From the NCBI GenBank assembly GCA_965261975.1, contig CBDHEC010000050.1, positions 1-64,000 of the forward strand: a stretch of DNA of 64,000 nucleotides. Reading direction: 5' to 3'. This DNA comes from Alphaproteobacteria bacterium (GTDB taxonomy: Bacteria > Pseudomonadota > Alphaproteobacteria > UBA6615). Shown here piece by piece: positions 32,920-42,781 of the stretch (positions are counted from its first letter, which is position 1; every line of letters starts with the position of its first letter). The position numbers were made by a program, and so were the translations under genes. A model generated the notes under the pieces. It was given only the letters and a program-made list of their open reading frames with translations. It had not been told where the DNA came from and did not search any database.

Positions 32920-34038
32920 ATGGCCGGCAACAGCTTCGGCCAGATTTTCCGGTTCACCACCTGGGGCGAGAGCCACGGGCCCGCCATCGGCGTCGTCGTC
33001 GATGGTGTACCGCCGCAGGTGCCGTTTGACGAGACCGACATCCAGGGCTGGCTCGACCGCCGCCGCCCGGGCCAGTCGCGCTTCACGACCCAGCGCCAGG
33101 AACCAGACGCGGTGAAAATCCTGTCCGGCGTGTTCGAGGGCCAGACGACCGGCGCCCCGGTCTCGATGATGATCGAGAATGTGGACGCGCGCTCGAAAGA
33201 CTATTCCGAGATCGCGAGCAAGTACCGGCCGGGTCATGCCGACTACACCTATGACGCCAAATACGGCATCCGCGACTATCGCGGTGGCGGACGCTCCTCG
33301 GCGCGTGAGACCGCGAGCCGCGTGGCGGCCGGCGCCCTTGCCCGAAAAGTCATCGAACATCTCGTGCCCGGCGGAATCACACTCCGCGGCGCGCTGGTAC
33401 AGGTCGGCACCATGGCGATCGACCGTGCCAACTGGGACTGGGGCGTGATCGGCGACAACCCGTTCTGGTGCCCGGACCCCGCAATGGCGGGACAGTGGGA
33501 GGCCTATCTCGACGACATCCGCAAGGCGGGCTCTTCCGTCGGCGCGGTGATCGAGGTCGTCGCCGAGGGCCTGCCGGTCGGGCTCGGCGAACCCATCTAC
33601 GGCAAGATCGATTCCGACCTGGCCGCGGCCATGCTCACGATCAACGCCGTGAAGGGCGTCGAGATCGGTGCGGGCATGGGCGCGGCAGCGCTCACCGGCG
33701 AGGAAAATGCCGACGAGATGCGCATGGACGGCGACAAGGTCACCTTCGGCTCCAACCATGCAGGCGGCGTGCTCGGCGGCATCACCACCGGACAGGACCT
33801 GGTGGTGCGTTTCGCCGTGAAGCCCACCAGCTCGATCCTGACCCCGCGCGACACGGTCAGCCGCGAGGGCGACGACACGGACATCTCCACCAAGGGCCGC
33901 CACGACCCGTGCGTGGGCATCCGTGCGGTACCCGTCGGCGAGGCGATGATGGCCTGTGTGATCGCCGACCACCTGCTGCGCCACCGCGCCCAGATCGGCA
34001 GCTTCGAATCCCAGGCGCCCCACGCGAACCACGACTAG
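32920..34038 (+). CDS. aroC: Chorismate synthase
   Basis: [28 protein letters not shown]. Confidence 0.97.
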   Translation: MAGNSFGQIFRFTTWGESHGPAIGVVVDGVPPQVPFDETDIQGWLDRRRPGQSRFTTQRQEPDAVKILSGVFEGQTTGAPVSMMIENVDARSKDYSEIASKYRPGHADYTYDAKYGIRDYRGGGRSSARETASRVAAGALARKVIEHLVPGGITLRGALVQVGTMAIDRANWDWGVIGDNPFWCPDPAMAGQWEAYLDDIRKAGSSVGAVIEVVAEGLPVGLGEPIYGKIDSDLAAAMLTINAVKGVEIGAGMGAAALTGEENADEMRMDGDKVTFGSNHAGGVLGGITTGQDLVVRFAVKPTSSILTPRDTVSREGDDTDISTKGRHDPCVGIRAVPVGEAMMACVIADHLLRHRAQIGSFESQAPHANHD

Positions 34039-34139
34039 GCCGTGGAATAGCTGCCATGGCCGGCCGGCATGGCCCGCCGAACCGGGCAGCCTTATACTCC
34101 TAATCGACGAACAACCGCCCGACCTGACGGAGACACCCC

Positions 34140-34766
34140 ATGGCCAAGAAGAAGCGCGAGACCCCCGATCAGCTGCAGCATATTTCGAAACTGCCGATCC
34201 CCGATCCCGACGGGCTGCCGGAGGATCTGCAGAAATACATGCGGATCTGCCAGGAAAAGCTGGGGCTGATCCCCAACGTGATCCGCGCCTTCTCACTCCG
34301 GCCCGAGAAACTCCGGACCTTCATCGGCAAGTACAACGAGCTGATGCTCGGCGAAGACGCCCTGCTGACCAGGCTCGAGCGCGAGATGATCGCCGTCGTG
34401 GTGTCCTCCCACAACCACTGCGTCTACTGCATCACGTCTCACAGCCAGGCGGTGCGTGAGCTGTCGGACGACCCGGTGCTGGGCGACATCCTGATGATCA
34501 ACTACCGCGAGGCGAACCTGACCGAGCGCCAGCGCGCGATCCTCGATTACACCTTCAAGTTGACCTCGAACCCGGCCGAGCTGGGCGATGCGGACCGCCA
34601 GAAGCTGACCGATGCGGGGCTGGGCCCGAAGGAGATCTTCGAGGTGACCGACACCACGGCCTATTTCAACTACACCAACCGCATGACCCACGGGCTGGGG
34701 ATGCTGCCGAACGAGGAGTATTTCGGCATGAACCGCCTGCCCGATCCGGGCCTGCACGGCAAATAA
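34140..34766 (+). CDS. Peroxidase-related enzyme (AhpD/CMD family)
   Basis: EREMIAVVVSSHNHCVYCITSH. Confidence 0.9.
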   Translation: MAKKKRETPDQLQHISKLPIPDPDGLPEDLQKYMRICQEKLGLIPNVIRAFSLRPEKLRTFIGKYNELMLGEDALLTRLEREMIAVVVSSHNHCVYCITSHSQAVRELSDDPVLGDILMINYREANLTERQRAILDYTFKLTSNPAELGDADRQKLTDAGLGPKEIFEVTDTTAYFNYTNRMTHGLGMLPNEEYFGMNRLPDPGLHGK

Positions 34767-34858
34767 ACGGACCGAAACGACTTATCGCGCGAAGTTGTTC
34801 TCCGGCCACGCCGACCCCATGTAGGATGCGACGGTCGAAACCCTGCAGGAGGTATCGG

Positions 34859-35500
34859 GTGCGGACGATTTCAGGCTTCCTCGGCGCGTTGGCGCTGATG
34901 ATCGGGCTTTCCACCGGCCAGGCCGGTGCGCATCCGCATGTCTGGATCGATCTCGAGACGAAACCCGTCTTCAACGCCGACGGAAACGTGACGGGGCTTG
35001 AAGTCGCCTGGATCTTCGACCCGTTCTACACGGTGTTTGCGATCGAGGAGCAACGGACCGAAGACGGTGTCGACCAGGAAGGGTTGAACCGAATGGTCGC
35101 CACGAACCTCCAGCGGCTACGGCCATACGACTTCTTCACCGACATCCGGGCCAACGGCGCGAAGGTGAAGCTGGGCCCGGTCGAGACCTTCAACGCCGGG
35201 CTGCTGGACGACAAGCTCTGGATGCATTTCGTCGTCACCTTCGAAACGCCCGTCGATCCGCGTGGCGAGTCATTGTCCTACGCCGTCTACGATCCGACCT
35301 TCTATATCGAGATCGCCTATGCGGATCGCGCAAAGGCCAATCTCGACGCCGCAAGCATACCCGGCTGCCAGGCGGAACTCGAGGAGGCCAATCCGACGGC
35401 CGAGACGATCACCCTCGCCCAGTCACTGGACGCTGCCGCGACCGGCCCCGACAACCTCGGCGAATTGTTTGCCCAACGGGTTCGCATCGAATGCAGCTGA
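34859..35500 (+). CDS. DUF1007 family periplasmic protein
   Basis: Signal peptide then AHPHVWID, YDPTFY; AGGAGG RBS before GTG. Confidence 0.85.
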   Translation: MRTISGFLGALALMIGLSTGQAGAHPHVWIDLETKPVFNADGNVTGLEVAWIFDPFYTVFAIEEQRTEDGVDQEGLNRMVATNLQRLRPYDFFTDIRANGAKVKLGPVETFNAGLLDDKLWMHFVVTFETPVDPRGESLSYAVYDPTFYIEIAYADRAKANLDAASIPGCQAELEEANPTAETITLAQSLDAAATGPDNLGELFAQRVRIECS

Positions 35501-36447
35501 AGACAGACTCTGCTGCGCTGCGGGGGTTCGCGGTCCCGCTCCTGCTGGCCGTGGGGATCGTGGCACTCTGGCTGGTCGCCATCTACCTGTTCAATGACAC
35601 CTGGCGCCTCGTCCTGTCCGATATCCAGGCCATGCAACGGGACCTGCAGGGCGGCCTCGCCGACGCGACCCGCCTCGTCGCCGAGAACGGCGCCGGCGCG
35701 GCCTGGACCCTGATCGGGTTGAGTTTCGCCTATGGCGTGCTCCATGCCGCCGGGCCGGGGCACGGCAAGATGGTGATCTCGACCTATCTTTTGACCAACG
35801 AGGGCGCGGTCAGGCGATCTCTGATTCTCTCCGTTTTGGCAGCCTTGATGCAGGGTGTGACCGCGATCGTGATCATCGAGGTGGTGCTGACGATCATCGG
35901 CGCCAGCATGCGCGAGGCGACGGGAATTGCGAACAAGCTCGAGATGACCAGCTACGCGCTGGTCGCCGTGCTCGGGTTGATCCTTGCAGGCGTCACCGCG
36001 CGCCGGCTGGTCCAGCGCACGCGCAATCCCCATGCCCATGACGCTTGCGGCTCCTGCGGGCATAGCCACGCACCCGACATGACCCATATAGGCGACAAGG
36101 GATCGCTGAGTGCGCTCGTCGCGGTCATCTTCTCGATCGGGCTGCGGCCATGCACCGGCGCCATTCTGGTGCTGATTCTGGCGAATGTGCTTGGCCTGCG
36201 GTTCACCGCCTGGGCGGCCGTCTTTGCCATGTCCGCCGGGACGGCGCTGACCGTGTCCGCCATCGCACTGGCCTCGGTCTATGCCCGTCAGGCGACCTTG
36301 CGCGCTGCCGAACGCTGGCCCCAGAGCTCGGGAAAACTCCCGGTCATGCTCGATGGTATCGCCTTCTGCGGCGGCATCCTGATCATCGCGCTGGGTATAT
36401 CCCTGCTGCAAAGCGCGGTGACCATTGCAAATCACCCGCTTCTCTAG
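35491..36447 (+). CDS. Nickel/cobalt transporter (RcnA/NiCoT-like)
   Basis: YGVLHAAGPGHGK, His-rich CGSCGHSH loop, GLRPCTGA. Confidence 0.88.
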   Translation: MQLKTDSAALRGFAVPLLLAVGIVALWLVAIYLFNDTWRLVLSDIQAMQRDLQGGLADATRLVAENGAGAAWTLIGLSFAYGVLHAAGPGHGKMVISTYLLTNEGAVRRSLILSVLAALMQGVTAIVIIEVVLTIIGASMREATGIANKLEMTSYALVAVLGLILAGVTARRLVQRTRNPHAHDACGSCGHSHAPDMTHIGDKGSLSALVAVIFSIGLRPCTGAILVLILANVLGLRFTAWAAVFAMSAGTALTVSAIALASVYARQATLRAAERWPQSSGKLPVMLDGIAFCGGILIIALGISLLQSAVTIANHPLL

Positions 36448-37739
36448 CGCGAGAACACGGCCACCAGTTCTACATGCCCGGACCAGACGAACTGGTCGAC
36501 CGGCGTGACTTGCTCCAGCGTGTAGCCACCCTCGGTCAAGGTCAGCGCATCGCGGGCGAAGGTCGTGGGGTTACACGACACGGCGACGACCCGTGATGCG
36601 TCCGACTGGGCGATTTCCCCGGCCTGGGCCGGCGCTCCGGCGCGTGGCGGGTCGAACACGATCGTCTCGATACGTTTGAAGTCTGCCGCCGCCATCGGCT
36701 GGCGCACCAGGTCCCGCACCTCGGCCGTCACCTGACCGCCGAAGCCGGCGGTGCCCGCCGCGCGGGCCAGTGCTGCGATGGCAGCTTCGTCTCCGTCCAC
36801 CGCCAGGACATTCGCCCCCGCGGCGGCCAGCGGCAGAGCAAAGGTGCCCACCCCGCAGTAAAGATCGGCCACGCGTGAGCCCTGGCTCGCTCCAACGACA
36901 AGGTCTGCCAGCACCCGCTCAGCCTCCGCGCTCGCCTGCAGGAACACGCCTGGTGGTATTTCGACGGGAATGCCCGAAAGTTCGAGCAACGGTGTTCGAT
37001 GCAGCGCCACGGGTTCGATCCCATCCCGGCTGCTTCCCTCCCGCTGCCAGGCGATCCGCGCCAATCCCTGTGCGTCGGCGAACATGGCCAGCGCCATGCT
37101 CGCGTCCGGGCCCGGCTCATGGGCCGCCACGATCAGCACGTCGAACCCGTTGTCGGCGACGGTCACCGAAACATCCCAACGCGCACCCGGCGGCACGATG
37201 TCGGCCAGGGTCTCGCGCAGCTTCGGCACCAGCGCCATCAGTTCCGGGTGCAGGATCAGGCATTCCTCCAGCTCCACCACATGGCGGCTGGCGCGGGTGT
37301 GAAACCCGAAGAAGGTCTTCGCGCCCTTCGCGCGTGGCCGGAACGCCGCGAAGGTCGCGCGGCGTCGACCGGCATGGCCGGTCGGGATCAGCGGCGCGAC
37401 AAGGTCGGGATCGAACCCCACCCGCTGGATGGCCGTGGCCACCAGTTCCCGCTTCCAGGCGTGATAAGCGTCCATCCCGAGATGCTGGACGCTGCAGCCG
37501 CCGCAGGTCGCGAAGTGGCGGCATGGCGGTGTGGTTCTTTGATCCGACGGGGTCTCGACCTCCAACAGCTTGGCTTCGAGCCCGTCACCGCGCTTGTTGC
37601 CCGGGCGCACCCGCACCCGCTCGCCCGGCAGCGCGCCGGCGATGTACAGGTGTCCCCGCTCCCGGCCCCCCGGGTTCTTCGCGATCCCGTCGCCGCGCGG
37701 GCCGAGCGTCTCGACCTCGACCGTCACCTCATCCGTCAT
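36444..37739 (-). CDS. 23S rRNA (uracil-C5) methyltransferase, RlmD/TrmA family
   Basis: TRAM-like N-terminus, CRHFATCGGC, FLQA, DLYCGVG, DPPRAG, VSCNP. Confidence 0.9.
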   Translation of the reverse strand: MTDEVTVEVETLGPRGDGIAKNPGGRERGHLYIAGALPGERVRVRPGNKRGDGLEAKLLEVETPSDQRTTPPCRHFATCGGCSVQHLGMDAYHAWKRELVATAIQRVGFDPDLVAPLIPTGHAGRRRATFAAFRPRAKGAKTFFGFHTRASRHVVELEECLILHPELMALVPKLRETLADIVPPGARWDVSVTVADNGFDVLIVAAHEPGPDASMALAMFADAQGLARIAWQREGSSRDGIEPVALHRTPLLELSGIPVEIPPGVFLQASAEAERVLADLVVGASQGSRVADLYCGVGTFALPLAAAGANVLAVDGDEAAIAALARAAGTAGFGGQVTAEVRDLVRQPMAAADFKRIETIVFDPPRAGAPAQAGEIAQSDASRVVAVSCNPTTFARDALTLTEGGYTLEQVTPVDQFVWSGHVELVAVFSR

Positions 37740-38502
37740 AAACCGCCCCGATCAGAAATTCCTTGTTGCCTTCGGGGCCCGTGATCGGGCTTTCCGCTAA
37801 ACCGGTCACCCGCCAGCCGTCCAACCCGTCGAGCCAGTCGCGAATTCGCGTACAGACCGCCTCGTGCAGGGCCGGGTCGCGCACCACGCCCTTCTTGCCG
37901 ACATCGGCCTTGCCGACCTCGAACTGGGGCTTGATCAACGCCACCAGGCGCGCGCCGGGTGCGGCCAGCGCCATGGAAGCCGGCAGCACGACCTCCAGCC
38001 CGATGAAGCTCGCATCGCAGACGATCGCATCCACCGGTTCGGGGACTTGTTCCGCCGTCAGGTGCCGGGCATTGGTCTTCTCCAGCACGACCACGCGGTC
38101 GTCGTTGCGCAGCTTCCAGGCGAACTGCCCGTGCCCCACATCGACGGCGTAGACCCGCGCGGCGCCGCGAGACAGCAATACGTCCGTGAAACCACCCGTG
38201 GAGGCGCCCACATCGATCGCCACGGCACCGGTCATGTCGATCCCAAGTTCGTCCAGCGCGTGGTCCAGTTTGAGCCCACCGCGGCTGACCCAGGGGTGAT
38301 CCTGGCCGCGCAGCTCCAGCGGCGCATCTTCGGCGATATTTTCCCCCGCCTTCTCGACCCGGCGCTCGCCGGAGAAAATCTTGCCCGCCAGGATGAGGGC
38401 CTGGGCCCGCGAGCGCGTCTCCACGAGCCCACGCTCGACCAGCGCCACGTCGGCGCGGGTCTTGGCGGATTTCTTCGACGGTGATGTTTTGTGCTGTGCC
38501 AC
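37729..38502 (-). CDS. tlyA: TlyA family RNA methyltransferase
   Basis: S4 domain, WVSRGGLKL, DVGASTGGFTD, IKPQFE, SPITGPEGNKEF. Confidence 0.93.
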   Translation of the reverse strand: MAQHKTSPSKKSAKTRADVALVERGLVETRSRAQALILAGKIFSGERRVEKAGENIAEDAPLELRGQDHPWVSRGGLKLDHALDELGIDMTGAVAIDVGASTGGFTDVLLSRGAARVYAVDVGHGQFAWKLRNDDRVVVLEKTNARHLTAEQVPEPVDAIVCDASFIGLEVVLPASMALAAPGARLVALIKPQFEVGKADVGKKGVVRDPALHEAVCTRIRDWLDGLDGWRVTGLAESPITGPEGNKEFLIGAVYDG

Positions 38503-38631
38503 CGGAAGGGATTAGCACGATTATCGGGTAACCTCACCGTCATACGCGGACCCGATCAGGACGTTTGTGGTTGCCTTCCAGGACTGTAAGATCGGCCCCA
38601 ACAACAATATTTCGCGACCGGGGGACAATTC

Positions 38632-39555
38632 ATGACGCAACGTATCGGACTGGTGGGCATGGGCCTGATGGGCCAGGCCTTCATCAAGAACATGCGCGAA
38701 CGCCAGTTCATGGTGCAGGGCTTCGACACGGATCCGGCCCGCATGGACCAGCTCGCCGAGGCCGGCGGCCACCCGGCCGACACGCCGGCCGCCGCGGCCA
38801 AGGGCGTGGACCGGGTGATCGTCTCCGTCCCCACCAGCGACATCGCGCGGTCGGTCATCTTCGAGGATGGCAGCGGGCTCGCGGCCGGCGCCGAGGAAGG
38901 CCTGATCGTCATGGACACGACCACGGCGCGGCCCGAGGACAGCGAACGCACGGCGGCCGAGCTCAAGGAAATGGGCATCGCCTACCTCGACTCCGCCGTG
39001 TCCGGCACCTCGACCATGGCCCAGGCGGGCGACCTGGTGGTGATCGCCGGCGGCGAGGAAGCCGATTTCGAGGCTTGCCTCGAGGCCTTCGCGGGCTTCT
39101 CGCGCGCCGCCTACTTCATGGGGCCGTCGGGTTCGGGGGCGCGGACAAAGCTGATCATCAACCTCATTCTGGCGGGTAACCGCCTCGCCATGGCCGAGGG
39201 CATGCTGCTGGGCGAGAAGGCCGGGCTCGATTCCAACAACCTCCTGTCGGTGATCCAGGACGGGGCGTCGAGCTCCAAGACCATGGTCGACAAGGGCCCG
39301 AAGATGATCGATGCCGACTACTCCCAGCAGGGCAAGGTGGCAATCAGCCTCAAGGACTCCCGCCTGATGCAGGACATGGGCCGGGCCCTCGGCGCACCGA
39401 CCCTGATGATCCAGGTCTACTCGCAACTCATGCAGGCGGCGCTCGAGAAGGGCTACGGCCAGAAGGACACGGTCGCCTTCTACGAGATCATGCGCGGCAT
39501 GGCCGGGCTCGAGGAACGCGAGGGCATCGACGACGTGCCGATGGAAAAGGGGTGA
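38632..39555 (+). CDS. NAD(P)-dependent oxidoreductase, 3-hydroxyisobutyrate dehydrogenase family
   Basis: IGLVGMGLMG, YLDSAVSG, GSGARTKLIIN, KDSRL. Confidence 0.88.
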   Translation: MTQRIGLVGMGLMGQAFIKNMRERQFMVQGFDTDPARMDQLAEAGGHPADTPAAAAKGVDRVIVSVPTSDIARSVIFEDGSGLAAGAEEGLIVMDTTTARPEDSERTAAELKEMGIAYLDSAVSGTSTMAQAGDLVVIAGGEEADFEACLEAFAGFSRAAYFMGPSGSGARTKLIINLILAGNRLAMAEGMLLGEKAGLDSNNLLSVIQDGASSSKTMVDKGPKMIDADYSQQGKVAISLKDSRLMQDMGRALGAPTLMIQVYSQLMQAALEKGYGQKDTVAFYEIMRGMAGLEEREGIDDVPMEKG

Positions 39556-39998
39556 TGAGGTCTACGTCGGCAACAATACTTGCCACTTGCCTCTTACTTT
39601 TGCCCTCGTGGGAAGCAAACTCGGATTCGGGAGTATCCACTGTTCACTCTTGTGAGCATGCGCTGACATTCTCTGACGATAGAGGAAATGTGATCCTTCT
39701 CGATCGGAACGGACTAAAAGCACTAGCGGTTGTTCCATCGCCGAAAGGTGAAAACCCGGACAAGAATAACGATACAGTCCGCGTACACATTGGACTTAAC
39801 GAGGAAAACGAGCGACGGTTCGAGAACATGACGAGAAGCAACGTCGGAAGAACAATCAAAATAAGTCTCGGAAAAAAGGTGCTGTCAGAACCAAAAGTCG
39901 CAATGCCCATTTTTGGGGGGACAATGGTCATGTTCGGGGTCGATACCCAGACTGCGGAAGAAATGAAACGAGCCTCAAAGCTAAATTGCACGCCTTGA
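39552..39998 (+). CDS. Secreted protein resembling a stand-alone SecDF P1 head subdomain; low GC
   Basis: Signal peptide; VHIGLNEENERRFENMTRSNVGRTIKISLGKKVLSEPKV..PIFGG; visibly AT-richer than its neighbours. Confidence 0.65.
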   Translation: MMRSTSATILATCLLLLPSWEANSDSGVSTVHSCEHALTFSDDRGNVILLDRNGLKALAVVPSPKGENPDKNNDTVRVHIGLNEENERRFENMTRSNVGRTIKISLGKKVLSEPKVAMPIFGGTMVMFGVDTQTAEEMKRASKLNCTP

Positions 39999-40039
39999 TG
40001 ATCCCTCCACGATTTCGATCACCATGACAAACTAGCCAT

Positions 40040-41212
40040 ATGTCTTCCATCTCCGCCGCCCTCAATATCGAAGACCTCCGCCGCCTGGCGAAGAAGCGCC
40101 TGACGAAAGGCCTGTTCGAGTTCTGCGACCGGGGCTCCGAGGACGACGTCGCGCTGCGCCACAACCGCGACGCGCTGGAGCGGATCAAGTTGCGCTCGCG
40201 CGTCCTCAACGACACGTCTTCAAGGCATACCAAGTCCGAGATTTTCGGCCAGCCCGTCGACATGCCCGTGGTCATCGGGCCGACGGGGCCGGCGGGCTTC
40301 GTCTGGTACCGGGGCGAGACGGCGCTGGCCCAGGCGGCGGCCAAGGCGGGCATTCCCTTCACGGTGGCCAGCACGTCGAACACGCCCATGGAGCAGATCG
40401 TCGAGAATGGCGGCGGCGGGCGGCTGTGGTATCACCTGTATGTCTGGCGCGACATGGAGGCCTCCCTCAAGGCCGTGCCCCGGGCCGAGGCGGCCGGTTT
40501 CGAGGCGCTGGTCCTGACCGTCGATTCGACCATTCCCTATAACCGCGAATTCGACGTGCGCAACGGCACCACCATGCCCGTACGCCTGACCCCGCGGAAC
40601 ATCGCCGACCTGGCGACCCACCCGCGCTGGCTGTTCGGCACCGTCGGGCGCTACCTGATGGCCGACGGCCACCTGCCCCGCTACCTCAATATCGACATGC
40701 CCGAGGGGCTCTCGTCGACGGGCGTGCGCGACTTCCTGTTCAAGAACGACACGCTGGACTGGGAATTCTTGAAGCGGATTCGCGACATGTGGCCTCGCAA
40801 GCTGGTGGTGAAGGGCATCCTCCACGCCGACGACGCCGCCAAATGCGCCGAATACGGCGTGGATGCGGTGGTGATCTCCAACCATGGGGGCATTTCATCG
40901 GATGCGGCCCTGGCGCCCATCGACGTGCTGCCGTCGGTGGTTCGCGAGGTCGGCGACCGGATGACCGTGATCGTCGATTCAGGTTTCCGGCGCGGCTCCG
41001 ACATCCTCAAGGGTCTCGCCCTGGGCGCCGACGCGGTGATCGTCGGCCGCGCGACACTCTATGGAGTCTCGGCCGGCGGCGAGCCCGGTGCGACCCGGGC
41101 CCTGGAAATCCTCCATGCCGAGCTGCGCCGGACCATGGGCGTGCTGGCGCTGAGCGACCTGGCGGACATCACCCGCGATCACGTGGTCATGCCCCACGAA
41201 CTGCCGCTCTAG
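40040..41212 (+). CDS. FMN-dependent alpha-hydroxy acid dehydrogenase family protein
   Basis: NIEDLRRLAKKRL, LVLTVD, LVVKGI, SNHGG, DSGFRRGSDILKGLALGA. Confidence 0.9.
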   Translation: MSSISAALNIEDLRRLAKKRLTKGLFEFCDRGSEDDVALRHNRDALERIKLRSRVLNDTSSRHTKSEIFGQPVDMPVVIGPTGPAGFVWYRGETALAQAAAKAGIPFTVASTSNTPMEQIVENGGGGRLWYHLYVWRDMEASLKAVPRAEAAGFEALVLTVDSTIPYNREFDVRNGTTMPVRLTPRNIADLATHPRWLFGTVGRYLMADGHLPRYLNIDMPEGLSSTGVRDFLFKNDTLDWEFLKRIRDMWPRKLVVKGILHADDAAKCAEYGVDAVVISNHGGISSDAALAPIDVLPSVVREVGDRMTVIVDSGFRRGSDILKGLALGADAVIVGRATLYGVSAGGEPGATRALEILHAELRRTMGVLALSDLADITRDHVVMPHELPL

Positions 41213-41250
41213 GCACCGCAAAACATCCGGAGTATTGAGTTCACACCGCG

Positions 41251-41276
41251 CAATTGGGTCAAATTCGATCCAATTG
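41251..41276. promoter_or_regulatory. 26-bp imperfect palindrome (operator-like)
   Basis: CAATTGGGTCAAATTCGATCCAATTG. Confidence 0.45.
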
Positions 41277-41343
41277 ATGACCGGGAATCGCATTCAGACG
41301 GTATTATGGCGTTCATTTTGTTGAACGCGCTTGGAGTCCCCTG

Positions 41344-41454
41344 ATGCCCCCGGTCCTGACACTCGCCATTGCCGCAACAGCGGCCATCGTCATTGGGGCG
41401 GCAATTCCGGCGCTTGCGGCCGACCGGCGCAAGGACAAGCCCCCACGCAAATAG
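41344..41454 (+). CDS. Putative 36-aa single-pass membrane protein
   Basis: MPPVLTLAIAATAAIVIGAAIPALAADRRKDKPPRK; GGAG 7 nt upstream; hydrophobic stretch plus basic tail. Confidence 0.5.
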   Translation: MPPVLTLAIAATAAIVIGAAIPALAADRRKDKPPRK

Positions 41455-41480
41455 GGCCAGCCGGCGCGCTTTGACGCGGG

Positions 41481-42668
41481 CTAGTCCTTGTAGAGGTAGT
41501 CCGCCGCCTTCAGGAACAGGGTCCGGTTCACACCATCGGAATGCAGGAACGCGGCCGCGTCGCGAACTCGTTTCTCCAGCCCGATCTCCTTCATGAAACC
41601 GCTGCCGCCATGGATTTCCATGGCCCAGGTCGCGATCTGCCAGCCGATCTGCGAGGCATAGATTTTTGGCAATGCGCCGAGCGCCGGATCCCAAGGAACC
41701 GTCTCTCGGTTGTCCGCGGCCCAGGTGGCTTTGCGAATATACGTCCGCGCGACGTCGAGCATCATGTGCATCTCGGCCAGCTGGGTACGGATGCCGTCAT
41801 GCTCGATCAGCGGCTTGCCGCCCTGGATGCGGTTCTTCGCCCATTCCAACGTCATCTCGTAGGTCGCCACCGCATTGCCCAGCACGGACGCGCCGGCATA
41901 GGCGTTACTGGCCGGGAAGAAATCCGCCAGAATCTGGAAGCCGTTGCCGACCTCGCCCACCACGTCGGCGTCGGGCACGAAGCAATCCTGGAAGATCATC
42001 TCGGCGTTGTTGGCCAGCCGCTCGCCCATCTTGTTGTGCACCTGGCCGAGGGAGAATCCCGGGGTCTCGTTCGACAGGATGAAGCAGGTGCTGCCGCTGA
42101 ACAGGTCCTTGTCCTTCTCGGTCTGCACGAAGAGCAGGAACACGTTGGCGCGGTTCGAATTGGACACGAAATGCTTCATGCCGTTGATCTTCCAACCGCC
42201 ATCGACCTTCTCGGCGCGGGTATTGAACGACCAGTCGCCATGCACGAAATAGTTCGAGCCGTTCTCGGGCTCGGTAATGCCGATGGCCAGCAGACCGCGT
42301 GGGTCGTCGCGGAAGCGCGGGATGAAGCGCTGCTGCTGGTCCTCCGACAGGGCCTCCATCATGATCTGCGCGATCTTGAGGGTCTGGGCCATGACGACCG
42401 AGATGCCGATGTCGCCCTTGGCCAACTCCTCGACGACCATGCCCGTCGTCAGGTAATCCGCGGCGATACCGCCCCATTCCTCCGGCAGGGTCATCGTGCG
42501 GATGCCCGCCGCGTCCGCCTTCTCCACGATCTCCCAGGAGAAGCTCTCCTCCGGGTCGGCGTTGGCATCGAGATCACCGGCCACCGGCAGGATTTCATCC
42601 GTCACGAAGCGCCGGACCGAATCCAGGATCGCTTCCTGCATTTCATTGATGACGAAGGGTTCACTCAT
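41481..42668 (-). CDS. Acyl-CoA dehydrogenase family protein
   Basis: LPEEWGG, ITEPENGS, INGMKHFVSN, RIQGGKPL, EIHGGSG. Confidence 0.9.
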   Translation of the reverse strand: MSEPFVINEMQEAILDSVRRFVTDEILPVAGDLDANADPEESFSWEIVEKADAAGIRTMTLPEEWGGIAADYLTTGMVVEELAKGDIGISVVMAQTLKIAQIMMEALSEDQQQRFIPRFRDDPRGLLAIGITEPENGSNYFVHGDWSFNTRAEKVDGGWKINGMKHFVSNSNRANVFLLFVQTEKDKDLFSGSTCFILSNETPGFSLGQVHNKMGERLANNAEMIFQDCFVPDADVVGEVGNGFQILADFFPASNAYAGASVLGNAVATYEMTLEWAKNRIQGGKPLIEHDGIRTQLAEMHMMLDVARTYIRKATWAADNRETVPWDPALGALPKIYASQIGWQIATWAMEIHGGSGFMKEIGLEKRVRDAAAFLHSDGVNRTLFLKAADYLYKD

Positions 42669-42781
42669 AACTTACTCCCAAGGGAACGCGCCGCCAGCGG
42701 GCGCGGGTTTGATCATTTGTTGGCGGAATAGATACCCACGGCAAGCCTGCAGGTCCAGAGGACAGGCGTGCGACGCAATGT

